Below, piece after piece: positions 1-9,234 of a DNA stretch of 64,000 bases. The notes under the pieces are model-generated. The model had not been told where the DNA came from and did not search any database. It saw only the letters and a program-made list of their open reading frames with translations. The DNA comes from Oscillospiraceae bacterium (GTDB taxonomy: Bacteria; Bacillota; Clostridia; Oscillospirales; Oscillospiraceae), in assembly GCA_902778285.1 (NCBI GenBank), contig CACYXC010000010.1, positions 9,323 through 73,322 on the forward strand. Direction: 5' to 3'. Every line of letters starts with the position of its first letter. The stretch's first letter is position 1. The translations under genes were made by a program, and so were the position numbers.

Positions 1-1
1 C

Positions 2-1126
2 GTGGATGATGGAGTCGTTGACGCCGAGAGCGCGGACTTGGGCAAGACTCATGTTTTCAAAGCCCTCGACCGTATCGGCAAAGCCCATGCCCAGCGCCAG
101 ATGGCAGGCGGCGTTTTCGTCAAAGAGCGTGTTGTAAAACAGCAGCCCGCTCTTGCTGATCGGGGAGTCGTAGGGAACCAGGGCGCACTCGCCGAGATAG
201 GCGCTGCCCTCGTCCATGGTGATGATCTTGCCGAGAAGGCCCTCGTTCTTTTCCGCGTGCCATTTGACGGCCTTGCCCTCATGGAAGCGGATCCAGAAGT
301 TTTCCACAAGCTGTCCGTTCCAGCACAGCGGCTTGGTGCCGTAGACGATGCCCTCGGCCTGCCCCTTCATGGGGGAGATGAAGCACTCCTCGGTCGGCAG
401 ATTCGGGTTGAACTCCACGCCGGAGAGCGTCGTATCGGAGCCGCCGCGAAAGCGCCCCTGCGGGATCATGCCGACGGTAAAGTCAGTGCCGTTCGAGGCG
501 GTATAGTGGAGCTTCTCGATGCCGAGACTGTTGAGGCGCGCGCAGTGTTCGCGCATATCCCGGTTGTGCTTGTCCCACTCGGCCGTCGGATCGTCCCAGA
601 CACGGCAGGTATCGAGGATCGCTTCCCAGAGCTTTTCAACGGCCTGACCGGCGCGCAGTTCGGGGAAGAGACGCTTGGCCCAGGCCTTGCCGGGCACGGC
701 GGCGATGCACCACTGGTGTTTGTTCTCCATGGCCTCGCGGTAGGGCTTGATGATGGGGCCGAGCTTCTGCTGCGCCTTGCCCAGCTTCTCCTGATTGATG
801 CCTTTGAGACCGTCGGGATCGTCGCTGTCGAGGAAGATGCGGCAGGCGAGCACCTCCGCCTTGTGCTTCCAGCGGGCTTCGGCGTAATCGGGAAGGGTGG
901 AGAGCGTCTTGAGGCTTTCGTAGCGGTAGCGGACCTTGGTCAGCGGCTGATAATACCACTCGACGACGACGGTTTTCGCCTTGCACTTGTAACACTCCTC
1001 CACGACCATCTGGACAAATTCCGGCTGGTCGAGGCCGGCGGAAATGAAGACCTCCTGCCCCGGCTGGACGTTGGCGCCCTTTTGGGCGATGAGGCGCGCA
1101 TAGGCGCGCAGCTTGGTTTTGTTCAT
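2..1126 (-). CDS. M29-family aminopeptidase (PepS/AmpS-like); C-terminus cut by the left window edge
   Basis: Absent from the ORF track because it has no stop inside the window. My own translation starts at ATG 1126..1124, 7 nt behind AAAGGAGA: MNKTKLRAYARLIAQKGANVQPGQEVFISAGLDQPEFVQMVV... An in-frame FDENAACHLALG lies at ~135..100, typical of M29 thermophilic metalloproteases. The listed + ORF 2..1144 is its antisense shadow. Confidence 0.8.
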   Translation of the reverse strand, partial: MNKTKLRAYARLIAQKGANVQPGQEVFISAGLDQPEFVQMVVEECYKCKAKTVVVEWYYQPLTKVRYRYESLKTLSTLPDYAEARWKHKAEVLACRIFLDSDDPDGLKGINQEKLGKAQQKLGPIIKPYREAMENKHQWCIAAVPGKAWAKRLFPELRAGQAVEKLWEAILDTCRVWDDPTAEWDKHNRDMREHCARLNSLGIEKLHYTASNGTDFTVGMIPQGRFRGGSDTTLSGVEFNPNLPTEECFISPMKGQAEGIVYGTKPLCWNGQLVENFWIRFHEGKAVKWHAEKNEGLLGKIITMDEGSAYLGECALVPYDSPISKSGLLFYNTLFDENAACHLALGMGFADTVEGFENMSLAQVRALGVNDSIIH

Positions 1127-1159
1127 GGCGATTCTCCTTTGTAGGGTGATTCTGAGAGG

Positions 1160-1188
1160 ATTATACCGGGTATCCCGGGGAAAAGCAA
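1160..1188 (-). promoter_or_regulatory. Sigma-A-type promoter for the aminopeptidase gene
   Basis: On the minus strand: TTGCTT (1188..1183), 17-nt spacer, TATAAT (1165..1160), about 30 nt upstream of the RBS. Confidence 0.5.
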
Positions 1189-1204
1189 GATCGATCGTCA
1201 TTAG

Positions 1205-1412
1205 GATGGGCATCGCCCGTCCGCGGACTCGGTACAGGGCCGAACAGGCGGACGACCGATGGTCGTCCCTGCGAGGCAGAAAGCCCCAAAATGGTCTTGA
1301 GCGTGACCCGCCGTTTGGGTCACGCTCAAGTGAATGTACGAATCCCTTCGACGCCGCCCGTAGGCGTATCCGGGGCAAGGCCCCGGCATCGGACGGTGTC
1401 ACCATCGAAGTT
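1205..1412. other. Hairpin-dense GC-rich intergenic segment (candidate structured RNA or small TIR element; class unknown)
   Basis: Four local hairpins: GACGACC/GGTCGTC, the 14-bp CTTGAGCGTGACCC/GGGTCACGCTCAAG, ACGCC/GGCGT and CCGGGGC/GCCCCGG. They are enclosed by long-range complementarity GATGG..CGTCCG (1205-1223) with CGGACG..CCATC (1393-1412). No convincing ORF. Confidence 0.25.
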
Positions 1413-1494
1413 CATTTATCTTTCTTGTTAACATAATACTATCACAGATTGCTCAAAGATTGCTGAAAAAACAGTGAACGGATTGTTAAATCTT

Positions 1495-1536
1495 TGTAAA
1501 ATAGAGCTTAGGAGAGACGCGTCTCTCCTAAGCTCT
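1495..1536 (-). terminator. Intrinsic terminator downstream of the CofE-like gene
   Basis: Perfect 16-bp-arm palindrome AGAGCTTAGGAGAGAC-GC-GTCTCTCCTAAGCTCT (1503..1536), followed on the minus strand by ATTTTAC. Confidence 0.6.
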
Positions 1537-1556
1537 AAAACCTCAGTTCTATAAAA

Positions 1557-2750
1557 TCATTCCGCCGTGTAGTTGTCGAAGTAGCCCTGGATGAAGACGA
1601 TGGGCGTGCCCTTGTCGCCGGAGCCGGAGGTCAGGTCGCACAGGGAGCCGATCAGGTCGGTAAGACGACGGGGCGTGGTGCCCTCGGAGACCATCTGGCC
1701 CACAAGGTCGCTGTCCTTCTTCTGGATCTCGCCCTTGATCGCCTCGCGCAGCGCCTCGCCGGAGAGCGCGGCAAAGTCGTTGTCGGCCAGATATTTGAGC
1801 TTGAGCTCGTTGGGGGTCCCTTCGAGGCCGACAGTGTAGGCGGGGGAAACGACGGGGTCCGCCAGCTCCCAAATCTTGCCGACAGGGTCCTTGAACGCGC
1901 CGTCACCGTAGACCATGACCTCAACGCGCTTGCCGGTTTTCTCGAGCAGCTCCTGCTGGATGGCGACCACGAGCGGCTGGCAGTCGCGCGGGAAGAGCTT
2001 GACCTTGTCCTCGGTGGCCTTGTTGGAGCCCAGCAGACCGTACTTTTCGTTGTATCCGCTGCCGTTTACGGGAGCGGTCATGATCTCGTCCAGACCGAAA
2101 ACTTTTTCGCCGCCGGCGGCCTTCAGGATGCGGCTCGTCCGGACGCGGGTGTGGATATCGCAGTGGATGACGTTTTTGGTGTGGTGGAGGATCTCGCGCG
2201 GATCGTTGGCGAAGATGACCTCGACCTCGGCGCCGGACTCGCGAATGAGCTCGGAGTAGTACGCGACATAGTCCACGCCGGTAAAGCGGTGCTTGTTGAA
2301 GCCGAAGAGCTCCCGGTAGCGCTCAAGGCTGAGCACGTCGCGGTAGGGGTCGACGCCCCTGCTGTCAAGGGAATCCCAGTCGATCAAATGGTTGCCGACC
2401 TCGTCCGAGGGGTAGGAGAGCATCAAAACGACCTTCTCCGCACCCTTGGCGATGCCGCGCAGGCAGATGGCGAAGCGGTTGCGGCTGAGGATGGGGAAGA
2501 TGACGCCCACGGTCCCGCCGCCGAGCTTGGCTTTGACGTCCGCGGCGATATCGTCCACAGTCGCGTAGTTGCCCTGCGCGCGGGCGACGATCGCCTCGGT
2601 CATGGCGACAATGTCACGGTCATGGATGGTGAAACCGTCCTGACGGGAGGCTTCCAGCAGCGACTCGGTCACGATCTTCTGCAGATCGTCGCCCTCGCGG
2701 ATGATCGGCGCGCGGATGCCCCGGGAAACAGTACCTACCTTACGGCTCAT
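1557..2750 (-). CDS. CofE-like (F420-0:gamma-glutamyl ligase family) protein
   Basis: 397-aa ORF, MSRKVGTVSRGIRAPIIREGDDL...GVIFPILSRNRF... The family assignment comes from remembered sequence patterns of CofE-like proteins in Clostridia and has not been searched. Confidence 0.6.
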   Translation of the reverse strand: MSRKVGTVSRGIRAPIIREGDDLQKIVTESLLEASRQDGFTIHDRDIVAMTEAIVARAQGNYATVDDIAADVKAKLGGGTVGVIFPILSRNRFAICLRGIAKGAEKVVLMLSYPSDEVGNHLIDWDSLDSRGVDPYRDVLSLERYRELFGFNKHRFTGVDYVAYYSELIRESGAEVEVIFANDPREILHHTKNVIHCDIHTRVRTSRILKAAGGEKVFGLDEIMTAPVNGSGYNEKYGLLGSNKATEDKVKLFPRDCQPLVVAIQQELLEKTGKRVEVMVYGDGAFKDPVGKIWELADPVVSPAYTVGLEGTPNELKLKYLADNDFAALSGEALREAIKGEIQKKDSDLVGQMVSEGTTPRRLTDLIGSLCDLTSGSGDKGTPIVFIQGYFDNYTAE

Positions 2751-2918
2751 GGTTCAACACCTCTATGTATAGTTTTTTTACCTTCATACTATACTACATC
2801 TTCGACTGATTGTAAAACGGAAAATAGATAGGCGAATGATAAAGATTGGGCCGAAGCAATGGGAAAAGATTGGGAATAATAGACAAGACGTCCGCTCCCG
2901 AGATACAGGAGCGGACGT

Positions 2919-3046
2919 CAGACTGTAAGACAAACCCTTTGCGGCGGGCCTGGATACGCATGGGGAGAGCGCGAGAGGGGATTGGTGATTCCCTCTCGCA
3001 GTTCAATTTCGCCTTTCAAGCTGTCGACACGGCGTCGACAGCTTGA
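2919..3046 (+). mobile_element. MITE-like structured repeat, copy A (short form, lacks the A/T hairpin module)
   Basis: Contains CAGACTGTAAGACAAACC...GCATGGGGAGAGCGCGAGAGGGGATTGGTGATTCCCTCTCGC...CAAGCTGTCGACACGGCGTCGACAGCTTGA. It is flanked by two related but diverged hairpins, 2887..2919 and 3046..3076, which share CCGCTCCCG. Confidence 0.75.
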
Positions 3047-3088
3047 AGGCCGCCCCCGCAGCACGGGAGCGGCCTTCCGGCGAATCGA

Positions 3089-4030
3089 TCAGGCGATCTT
3101 TTTCATTTTGTCGTTGAGCCACTTGAGGATATCGCGATAGACGTCCTCGCGGTTGATCTCGTTAAGCATCTCGTGCCGTCCCCCGGGATAGAGGCGGATC
3201 ATCACGTCCTTGATACCGGCGTCGCAGAAGGACCTGTAGGCCTTCTCAACGCCCGCGCCGTAATCGCCGACCGGGTCCTCCTCGCCGGACATGAAGTAGA
3301 TCGGAGCGTCCTTGTTCATCTTGTCCACGTTCTTCTGACTGCCGATGAAGCGGATGCCGGCCATCATGTCACGGTAGAGGCTGACCTTCGCCACGAAGCC
3401 GCAGAAAGGATCGGCGATGTATTTGTCCACATTGGCCTCGTCCCGGCTCAGCCAGTCGAAAGGCGTGCGGGGATTTGGGATCTTCTTGCAGTAGGAGCCG
3501 AAGGCCATGTCGTTGAGCTTCTGCCCGTCGCCGCGAGGCCCGCTTTTTTTGACGAGGAGATTGGCCGCGGTATAGCCCGCGAAGACCAGCGCCCTGCCCT
3601 GCTGACCGGTGCCGCTGATGATGGCGGCGTCGTATTTGTCCGGGTGCTCGATCAGGTAGGTGCGGGTCAAAAAGCTGCCCATGCTGTGTCCGAAGAAGAT
3701 ATAGGGCAGATCGGGGTATTCTGCGTGCATAAGGTCGCGCAGTTTGTCCATGTCCCTGATGACGTGGTCCCAGCCATCGCTCTCGGCGAAAAAGCCCAGA
3801 TCGGCCGGGTCGGTGACGGTCTGGCCATGGCCCAGATGATCGTCGCCCACGGCGACAAAGCCGTTTTCGGCGAGGAAGGAGGCAAAATCGTCATAGCGGT
3901 TGATGTGCTCGGCGATGCCGTGCTCGATCTGGATCACGGCGCGCGGCGCGCCGTCGGGCAGACATTTGCGCGCGTGGATACGGTTTTTTCCGGTGCTGGA
4001 GTCAAAATAAAAATCCTCAAAACTGGGCAT
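3089..4030 (-). CDS. Alpha/beta hydrolase (lysophospholipase / monoacylglycerol-lipase-like)
   Basis: Track ORF is 3089..4048. It carries a GHSMGS nucleophile elbow and an HG oxyanion region. I moved the start to ATG 4030 (MPSFEDF...) because GGGGGAAG lies 6-8 nt upstream, whereas ATG 4048 has no RBS. Confidence 0.75.
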   Translation of the reverse strand: MPSFEDFYFDSSTGKNRIHARKCLPDGAPRAVIQIEHGIAEHINRYDDFASFLAENGFVAVGDDHLGHGQTVTDPADLGFFAESDGWDHVIRDMDKLRDLMHAEYPDLPYIFFGHSMGSFLTRTYLIEHPDKYDAAIISGTGQQGRALVFAGYTAANLLVKKSGPRGDGQKLNDMAFGSYCKKIPNPRTPFDWLSRDEANVDKYIADPFCGFVAKVSLYRDMMAGIRFIGSQKNVDKMNKDAPIYFMSGEEDPVGDYGAGVEKAYRSFCDAGIKDVMIRLYPGGRHEMLNEINREDVYRDILKWLNDKMKKIA

Positions 4031-4116
4031 GGAAACTTCCCCCTTCATGTGTTATACTGTCAGCAGGCTTTGCTGTAATTTTACTCTTTTGTGTTTTGTT
4101 CGTCAAGGAGAAGCCG

Positions 4117-4545
4117 ATGAAGGTCTATATCAAATATTTCGATAAAGAGATCACGCCGGTGCAGAAGATCGAAAAAGGGGACTGGATCGATCTGCGCGCG
4201 GCGGAAACCGTGGAGATGAAGGCGGGGGACTGGGGCTTTATCCGCCTCGGCATAGGCATGATCCTGCCCGAGGGATATGAGGCGCATGTGGCCCCGCGCA
4301 GCAGCACGTTCAAGAATTTCGGCATCCTCGTGTCCAACAGCTTCGGCATCATCGACAACTCCTTCTCCGGCGAGGAGGATGAGTGGCGCCTGCCCGTATA
4401 CGCCGCGCGCGATACCGTAATTCACAAAAACGACAGGATCTGTCAGTTCCGCATTGTGGAGAAGCAGCCGGATTTCGAGCTGGAGACCGTCGAGCACCTG
4501 CGGGACGTCAGCCGCGGAGGCTTCGGCTCGACCGGGAAGGATTGA
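4117..4545 (+). CDS. dut: dUTP diphosphatase
   Basis: MKVYIKYF... with GIIDNSFSGEEDEW (motif 3-like) and a C-terminal GGFGSTG. AAGGAGA lies upstream of ATG 4117. The track start at 4096 is an upstream alternative. Confidence 0.8.
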   Translation: MKVYIKYFDKEITPVQKIEKGDWIDLRAAETVEMKAGDWGFIRLGIGMILPEGYEAHVAPRSSTFKNFGILVSNSFGIIDNSFSGEEDEWRLPVYAARDTVIHKNDRICQFRIVEKQPDFELETVEHLRDVSRGGFGSTGKD

Positions 4546-4575
4546 ATCCATTGTACGAGCTTCTGAGCCCGTGCT

Positions 4576-4736
4576 GGGACTGCAGACAAAGCTATGCGGA
4601 CAGGCTTGGATCCGCATGGGGAGAGCGCGAGAGGGGATTGGGTATTCCCTCTCGCGTTTGATATTCTCAAGAATGAGAACTTTTTCGGAAGTTTTCATTT
4701 TTGATTCGCAAGGTGTCGACATTTTTTGACACCTTG
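4576..4736 (+). mobile_element. MITE-like structured repeat, copy B (long form, slightly decayed ends)
   Basis: The 5' end is degenerate (GGGACTGCAGACAAAGC). The core GCATGGGGAGAGCGCGAGAGGGGATTGGGTATTCCCTCTCGCG is intact. The A/T hairpin module AAGAATGAGAACTTTTTCGGAAGTTTTCATTTTT is present, and the 3' palindrome is CAAGGTGTCGACATTTTTTGACACCTTG. Confidence 0.7.
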
Positions 4737-4738
4737 CG

Positions 4739-4772
4739 CCCGGGCCAAGTGGCCCGGGGTTCGTTATTTCTT
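4739..4772 (+). terminator. dut terminator (right flank of copy B)
   Basis: CCCGGGCC-AAGT-GGCCCGGG followed by the T-rich GTTCGTTATTTCTT. Confidence 0.6.
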
Positions 4773-4818
4773 CCAAGTCCATCCGCGGACGGTCTTGAAA
4801 AACCTGCAGGATGCACCA

Positions 4819-4847
4819 TTGACAGAAAGCAGATCATCGGTTATAAT
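4819..4847 (+). promoter_or_regulatory. Sigma-A promoter of the yerC-his operon
   Basis: TTGACA (4819..4824), 17 nt, TATAAT (4842..4847). Confidence 0.7.
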
Positions 4848-4898
4848 TTGCCTTACTAACGGATTAGTATAGTAAAGCGATAAAGCGAGGCGGAACAG

Positions 4899-5195
4899 AT
4901 GGCCAACTGGTATACGGATGAGGTAAAAACGCTGTTTGAGGCGATCCTGACGCTGCAGAGCGTAGACGAGTGCCGCAGCTTTTTCGAGGACGTCTGCACG
5001 GTCAAGGAGATGCGCGAGATCTCGCAGCGCCTGCAGGTCGCGCAGATGCTGCGCACGGGCACCAGCTACGCGGCGATCAACGCCCAGACCGGCGTCAGCA
5101 CCGCGACGATCAGCCGCGTAAGCCGCTGTCTGGAATACGGCTCCGGCGGCTACGACCTGGTCCTCTCGCGTCTGCCGGAGGGGGAAGAGCCGTGA
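4899..5195 (+). CDS. yerC: TrpR-like YerC/YecD family protein
   Basis: 98 aa, ...MREISQRLQVAQMLRTGTSYAAINAQTGVSTATISRVSRCLEYGSGGY... This is the typical first gene of clostridial his operons. Confidence 0.75.
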   Translation: MANWYTDEVKTLFEAILTLQSVDECRSFFEDVCTVKEMREISQRLQVAQMLRTGTSYAAINAQTGVSTATISRVSRCLEYGSGGYDLVLSRLPEGEEP

Positions 5196-6289
5196 ACGAC
5201 GAAAGCCTGATGAGGCCGGAGGAGCGCGCGGCCCTCGCGCTCCAGGCGCTTTATCGCAAGTACGGCTACCTGCCGTTCCGGATGAGCCGCTTCGAGGAAT
5301 ATGATTTCTACGCGCGCAATAAAGATTTTCTTGTCAGCGACCGGATCATCACCTTCACCGACAGCCGCGGCCGTCTGCTCGCCCTGAAGCCGGATGTAAC
5401 GCTATCCATTATCAAGAGCGGCAGCGACCGGCCCGGCTGCAAACAGAAGCTCTGTTACAGCGAAAAGGTCTTCCGCGCCGCCGGGAGCATGGGCGAGTTC
5501 AAGGAGATCACGCAGGCGGGGCTGGAGTGTATCGGCGACCTCGACGTCTATGACTGCTTCGAGGTTACGGCGCTCGCGGTCAGGAGTTTGTCGCTCCTCG
5601 GCGGGGATTATGTGCTGAATCTCTCGCACCTTGGTCTGCTCAACGCGCTTTTTTCCCCATTTGATCCGGACAGCGCCCTCGCGCGCGGCGCGGCGCGCTG
5701 CATCGCCGGGCGAAATGTCCACGAGCTGGAGGCACTCTGCCGTGAAGCGGAGCTCCCCGAGGAGACGGTGAGGGAGTTCTGCTTCTTTGCCGGTCTCCAC
5801 GCGCCGCTCGCGGAGGCCGTCGAACAGCTCGCGCCCTGCTGCGTCAGCGAGACGGCCCTTGCGGCGCTCTCGGAGCTTCGGAATCTCAGCGGCCTGCTGG
5901 ACGGGGCGGGGCTTGCCGACAGGGTCTATTTTGATTTTTCCGTGGTGAACAACCGCAAGTACTATAACGGGCTGGTCTTTCAGGGCTTTCTGGACGGCGT
6001 GCCCGAGAGCGTGCTGGCCGGCGGTCAGTATGACTGGCTGATGGCGCGCATGGGGCGCAGGGCCTCGGGCCTCGGCTTCGCGGTCTACCTGGACCGCCTG
6101 CCTTCCGGCACGGAGGCGGCCGGCTTCGATGTCGACGTACTGCTGCTCTACTCCGATCCGGCGGCCGTGCCCGCTGCGGTCTCGCGGCTGCAGGCGCAGG
6201 GGAAGAGCGTCAGCGCGCAGCGGGAGATCCCCGACAAGCTTCGTTACCGGGAGCTCGCCGATCTGCGGGGAGGAGCGGAGAATGCTTAA
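5192..6289 (+). CDS. hisZ: ATP phosphoribosyltransferase regulatory subunit
   Basis: HisRS-like paralog, ...ALQALYRKYGYLPFRMSRFEEYDFY...LKPDVTLSIIK... The GTG at 5192 lies behind GGAGGGGGA and overlaps the yerC stop; ATG 5210 is an alternative. It is followed by a short-form hisG. Confidence 0.8.
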   Translation: MNDESLMRPEERAALALQALYRKYGYLPFRMSRFEEYDFYARNKDFLVSDRIITFTDSRGRLLALKPDVTLSIIKSGSDRPGCKQKLCYSEKVFRAAGSMGEFKEITQAGLECIGDLDVYDCFEVTALAVRSLSLLGGDYVLNLSHLGLLNALFSPFDPDSALARGAARCIAGRNVHELEALCREAELPEETVREFCFFAGLHAPLAEAVEQLAPCCVSETALAALSELRNLSGLLDGAGLADRVYFDFSVVNNRKYYNGLVFQGFLDGVPESVLAGGQYDWLMARMGRRASGLGFAVYLDRLPSGTEAAGFDVDVLLLYSDPAAVPAAVSRLQAQGKSVSAQREIPDKLRYRELADLRGGAENA

Positions 6290-6905
6290 TATCGCGCTTC
6301 CCAAGGGACGGCTCGGCGAGAAGGTCTATGCGCTGTTTGAAAAGGCGGGCTACGCATGCCCGGAGCTTTTGCAGGACAGTCGCCGCCTGATTTTTGAAAA
6401 CGCCGGGGCGGGCGTGCGTTACTTCTGGGTCAAGCCCTCGGACGTGGCGATCTATGTGGAGCGCGGCGCGGCGGATCTGGGCGTCGCGGGAAAGGACATC
6501 CTGCTCGAGTATGAGCCGGAGGTCTACGAGCTGCTGGACCTCGGCCTCGGAAAATGCCGCATGGCCGTGGCCGGACCGAAGGATTTTTACGACAGCGGCC
6601 TGCGCGCCCTGAAGGTCGCCACCAAGTTTGCCGGCATCGCCTCCGCGTACTATGAGCGGAAAGGACGGGAGATCGACATCATCCGGCTCAACGGCTCCAT
6701 CGAGCTTGCGCCGGTGCTGGGACTGTCGGACGTGATCGTGGACATCGTCGAGACCGGCAAGACCCTGCGCGAGAACGATCTGGTCGTGCTGGAGGAAGTG
6801 ATGCCGATCAGCGCGCGGCTGATCGCGAACAAGGCGGCCTATCAGTTCAAGACCGCCGAAGTCGAGAAGCTGAAAGAGAATGTGAAAGGGATGATCGATG
6901 CATGA
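6282..6905 (+). CDS. hisG: ATP phosphoribosyltransferase (short form)
   Basis: MLNIALPKGRLGEKVYALFEKAGY...VKPSDVAIYVERGAADLGVAGKDIL... ATG 6282 overlaps the hisZ stop. Confidence 0.9.
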   Translation: MLNIALPKGRLGEKVYALFEKAGYACPELLQDSRRLIFENAGAGVRYFWVKPSDVAIYVERGAADLGVAGKDILLEYEPEVYELLDLGLGKCRMAVAGPKDFYDSGLRALKVATKFAGIASAYYERKGREIDIIRLNGSIELAPVLGLSDVIVDIVETGKTLRENDLVVLEEVMPISARLIANKAAYQFKTAEVEKLKENVKGMIDA

Positions 6906-8176
6906 TCCGCATCTGCCGATACGGGGAGATACCGAATGAAGAGCTGTTCGCGCGCAGAGACGCGGCCTTCCATGTGGAGCAGCGCGTGCGGGAGATCATC
7001 GATGAGGTCGTGAGACGCGGCGACGAAGCCCTGCTGGACCTGACCGAGCGCTATGACGGCGTGCGGCCCGACCCGATCGAAGTCACACAGCAGGAGTTCG
7101 ACGAGGCGCTCAACGCCGTCGAACCGGCATTTCTTAACGTGCTGAAGGAGGCGGCGGAAAATATCGCCGCCTATCACAGCCGCCAGAAGCGCGAGAGCTT
7201 CATCATGCAGGGGAAGGACGGCGTGCTGCTCGGTCAGAAGATCACGCCGATCGAAAAGGTCGGCCTCTACGTCCCGAACGGGACCGCGCCCTATCCCTCC
7301 ACCGTGCTGATGGATGCGATCCCCGCCAAAATCGCGGGCTGCCCGGAACTTGTCATGGTGACGCCGCCCTCGCGAAACGGAAAGGTGGACCCCGGCATCC
7401 TCGCCGCGGCGAAGGTCGCGGGCATCGACCGCGTGTTCAAGGTCGGCGGCGCCCAGGCGATCGCCGCGCTGGCATACGGGACCGAGAGCGTCCCCGCGGT
7501 GTACAAGATCGTCGGCCCCGGCAACGCCTATGTGGCCGAGGCCAAGCGTCAGGTCTTCGGCAAGGTCGCCATCGACGTGGTAGCCGGCCCCAGCGAGGTC
7601 CTGCTGGTGTCGGACGCGGGCTCAGATGCCGGGATCGTCGCGGCGGATATGCTGGCACAGGCCGAGCACGACAGGCTTTCCACCGCCGTTCTCGTGACGG
7701 ACAGCATGGAGCTTGCCCTCGCCGTTCAGACAGAGATCGAACGGCAGCTCCGTGTATTGCCGCGGGAGGAGATCGCGCGCGCTTCCATTGAGAACAACGG
7801 ACGCATCATCGTGGCTGAGGACCTGGACACGGCGATCGACATCGCAAACGAGATCGCGCCGGAGCATCTGGGCCTGTGCGTGGACGAGCCCTTCTCCTGG
7901 CTCGACCGGGTCAAAAACGCGGGCTCGATCTTCCTCGGCCGCTGCGCGCCGGAGGCGCTCGGCGACTATCTGGCAGGGCCGAACCACACGCTGCCGACCG
8001 GCGGCATCGCCAAGTTCGCCTCGCCCCTGTCGGTGGACGATTTCATTAAAAAATCGCAGTTTACCTATTATACGAAGGACGCGCTGCGCGGGGTGTCGGA
8101 ACAGATCGCTCTCTTCGCGCGCAAGGAGGAGCTGGAGGGCCACGCCCGCAGCGTACTAAAGAGGTTTGAGCAATGA
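6902..8176 (+). CDS. hisD: Histidinol dehydrogenase
   Basis: 424 aa; the ...[17 protein letters not shown]...AQAEHD...[14 protein letters not shown]... motifs are typical of HisD. Confidence 0.9.
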   Translation: MIRICRYGEIPNEELFARRDAAFHVEQRVREIIDEVVRRGDEALLDLTERYDGVRPDPIEVTQQEFDEALNAVEPAFLNVLKEAAENIAAYHSRQKRESFIMQGKDGVLLGQKITPIEKVGLYVPNGTAPYPSTVLMDAIPAKIAGCPELVMVTPPSRNGKVDPGILAAAKVAGIDRVFKVGGAQAIAALAYGTESVPAVYKIVGPGNAYVAEAKRQVFGKVAIDVVAGPSEVLLVSDAGSDAGIVAADMLAQAEHDRLSTAVLVTDSMELALAVQTEIERQLRVLPREEIARASIENNGRIIVAEDLDTAIDIANEIAPEHLGLCVDEPFSWLDRVKNAGSIFLGRCAPEALGDYLAGPNHTLPTGGIAKFASPLSVDDFIKKSQFTYYTKDALRGVSEQIALFARKEELEGHARSVLKRFEQ

Positions 8177-9234
8177 GCCGCTATTTCAGTGAACGCTTTG
8201 CGACGCTCCGGCCCTATGTGCCGGGCGAGCAGCCGCAGGATCAGCAGTATGTCAAGCTCAACACCAACGAGTCGCCCTTTCCGCCGCCGCAGGCGGTCCT
8301 GGATGCGGTGAACGCCGAGAGCGGGCGGCTGCAGCTCTATTCCGACCCGGACGGGCGGCTTCTTCGCCGGAAGCTGGCGGAACGCTGCGGGGTGGGGGAG
8401 GAGCAGATCCTGCTTGGAAACGGCTCCGACGAGGTGCTGTATCTGGCCTTCATGGCCTTTTGCGACAACGGGATCGCCTTCCCGGACATCAGCTACGGCT
8501 TTTACCCTGTGCTCGCGTCGCTCCTGAATCTCGAGGCGCTGCGCATCCCGCTGCGTGAGGATTTCCGCATCGTGCCGGAGGACTATTTTGGCCTCGGCAG
8601 ACCGATCGTGATCGCAAACCCCAACGCGCCGACCGGCATGTGCCTCAGCGTCGGAGAAATCGAGAGCATCGCGGCCGCGAACGCCGGTCACGTCGTGATC
8701 GTGGACGAGGCCTATGTGGACTTCGGCGCGGAGAGCGCGATGCCGCTGATCGGGAAGTATGACAATCTGCTCGTGGTGCAGACCTTTTCCAAATCCCGCT
8801 CGCTCGCCGGCGCACGCCTCGGCTTCGCCGCGGGCAGTGCGGAGCTGATCGCGGACCTCAACACGCTGCGCTGCTCGATCAATCCCTACAACGTCAACCG
8901 CATGACGCTCGCGGCGGGCCATGCCTCTCTCGAGAACGACGAATATAACCGGGCCAACTGTAAAATCGTGGCAGACAATCGTGCCTGGACGGCGGAGGAA
9001 CTGAAAAAGCGAGGCTTCACGGTCCTGGATTCGCGCGCTAACTTCGTATTTGCCGGCTGCGGCTGGATCGGGGGCGGCGAGCTGTACCGGGAGCTGAAAG
9101 CGCGCGGCGTGCTCGTGCGCCACTTTACACAGGAGCGGATCGAAAACTTTGTGCGCATCACCATCGGCTCTTGCACGCAGATGGAGATCCTGCTCAAGAC
9201 GATCGACGCGATCAGAGAGGAGCTAAGTCAATGA
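8173..9234 (+). CDS. hisC: Histidinol-phosphate aminotransferase
   Basis: 353 aa with a class-II aminotransferase pattern (...NPNAPTG...VIVDEAYVDF...TFSKSRSLAGARLGF...). It sits in the his operon. Confidence 0.9.
   Translation: MSRYFSERFATLRPYVPGEQPQDQQYVKLNTNESPFPPPQAVLDAVNAESGRLQLYSDPDGRLLRRKLAERCGVGEEQILLGNGSDEVLYLAFMAFCDNGIAFPDISYGFYPVLASLLNLEALRIPLREDFRIVPEDYFGLGRPIVIANPNAPTGMCLSVGEIESIAAANAGHVVIVDEAYVDFGAESAMPLIGKYDNLLVVQTFSKSRSLAGARLGFAAGSAELIADLNTLRCSINPYNVNRMTLAAGHASLENDEYNRANCKIVADNRAWTAEELKKRGFTVLDSRANFVFAGCGWIGGGELYRELKARGVLVRHFTQERIENFVRITIGSCTQMEILLKTIDAIREELSQ

Noticed and set aside
2-1144. Long plus-strand ORF (380 aa) at the left edge, and similar long ORFs at 13305..14519(-), 18403..19941(-), 24106..26007(+), 27358..30096(-), 35845..38196(+), 42608..45127(-), 50098..51720(-), 55800..57053(-) and 59496..62312(+).
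   Set aside because: These are antisense shadows of recognisable genes, which is typical of high-GC DNA. Their translations are Ala/Arg/Gly/Asp-rich and low in complexity. They have no RBS and no family resemblance, while the opposite strand in each case encodes a well-known protein.
1205-1412. Identification of the structured intergenic segment as SRP RNA, tmRNA, RNase P, 6S RNA or a ydaO-type riboswitch.
   Set aside because: The segment lacks the SRP domain IV motif (GGAAGGAAGCAGC-like), the tmRNA termini and tag ORF, and the RNase P GAGGAAAGUCC motif. Only short partial matches exist, such as CCCTGTACC / CAGGGCCGAA and CGAATCCC...CCCGTAGGCGT. No downstream gene lies on the strand where the riboswitch-like match occurs.
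2794-3046. Short ORFs spanning the repeat copies (for example MGRAREGIG[YDF]SLS..., HGESARGDW..., at 2846..3046, 4454..4729, 14992..15293, 21536..21859, 54156..54393 and 58919..59182).
   Set aside because: The shared peptide comes from the conserved core hairpin. Downstream the frames end at different points (23 to >70 aa) because of indels and module loss. No RBS precedes the ATG. Both strands give equally conserved 'peptides'. All of this is consistent with a nucleic-acid element rather than a coding one.
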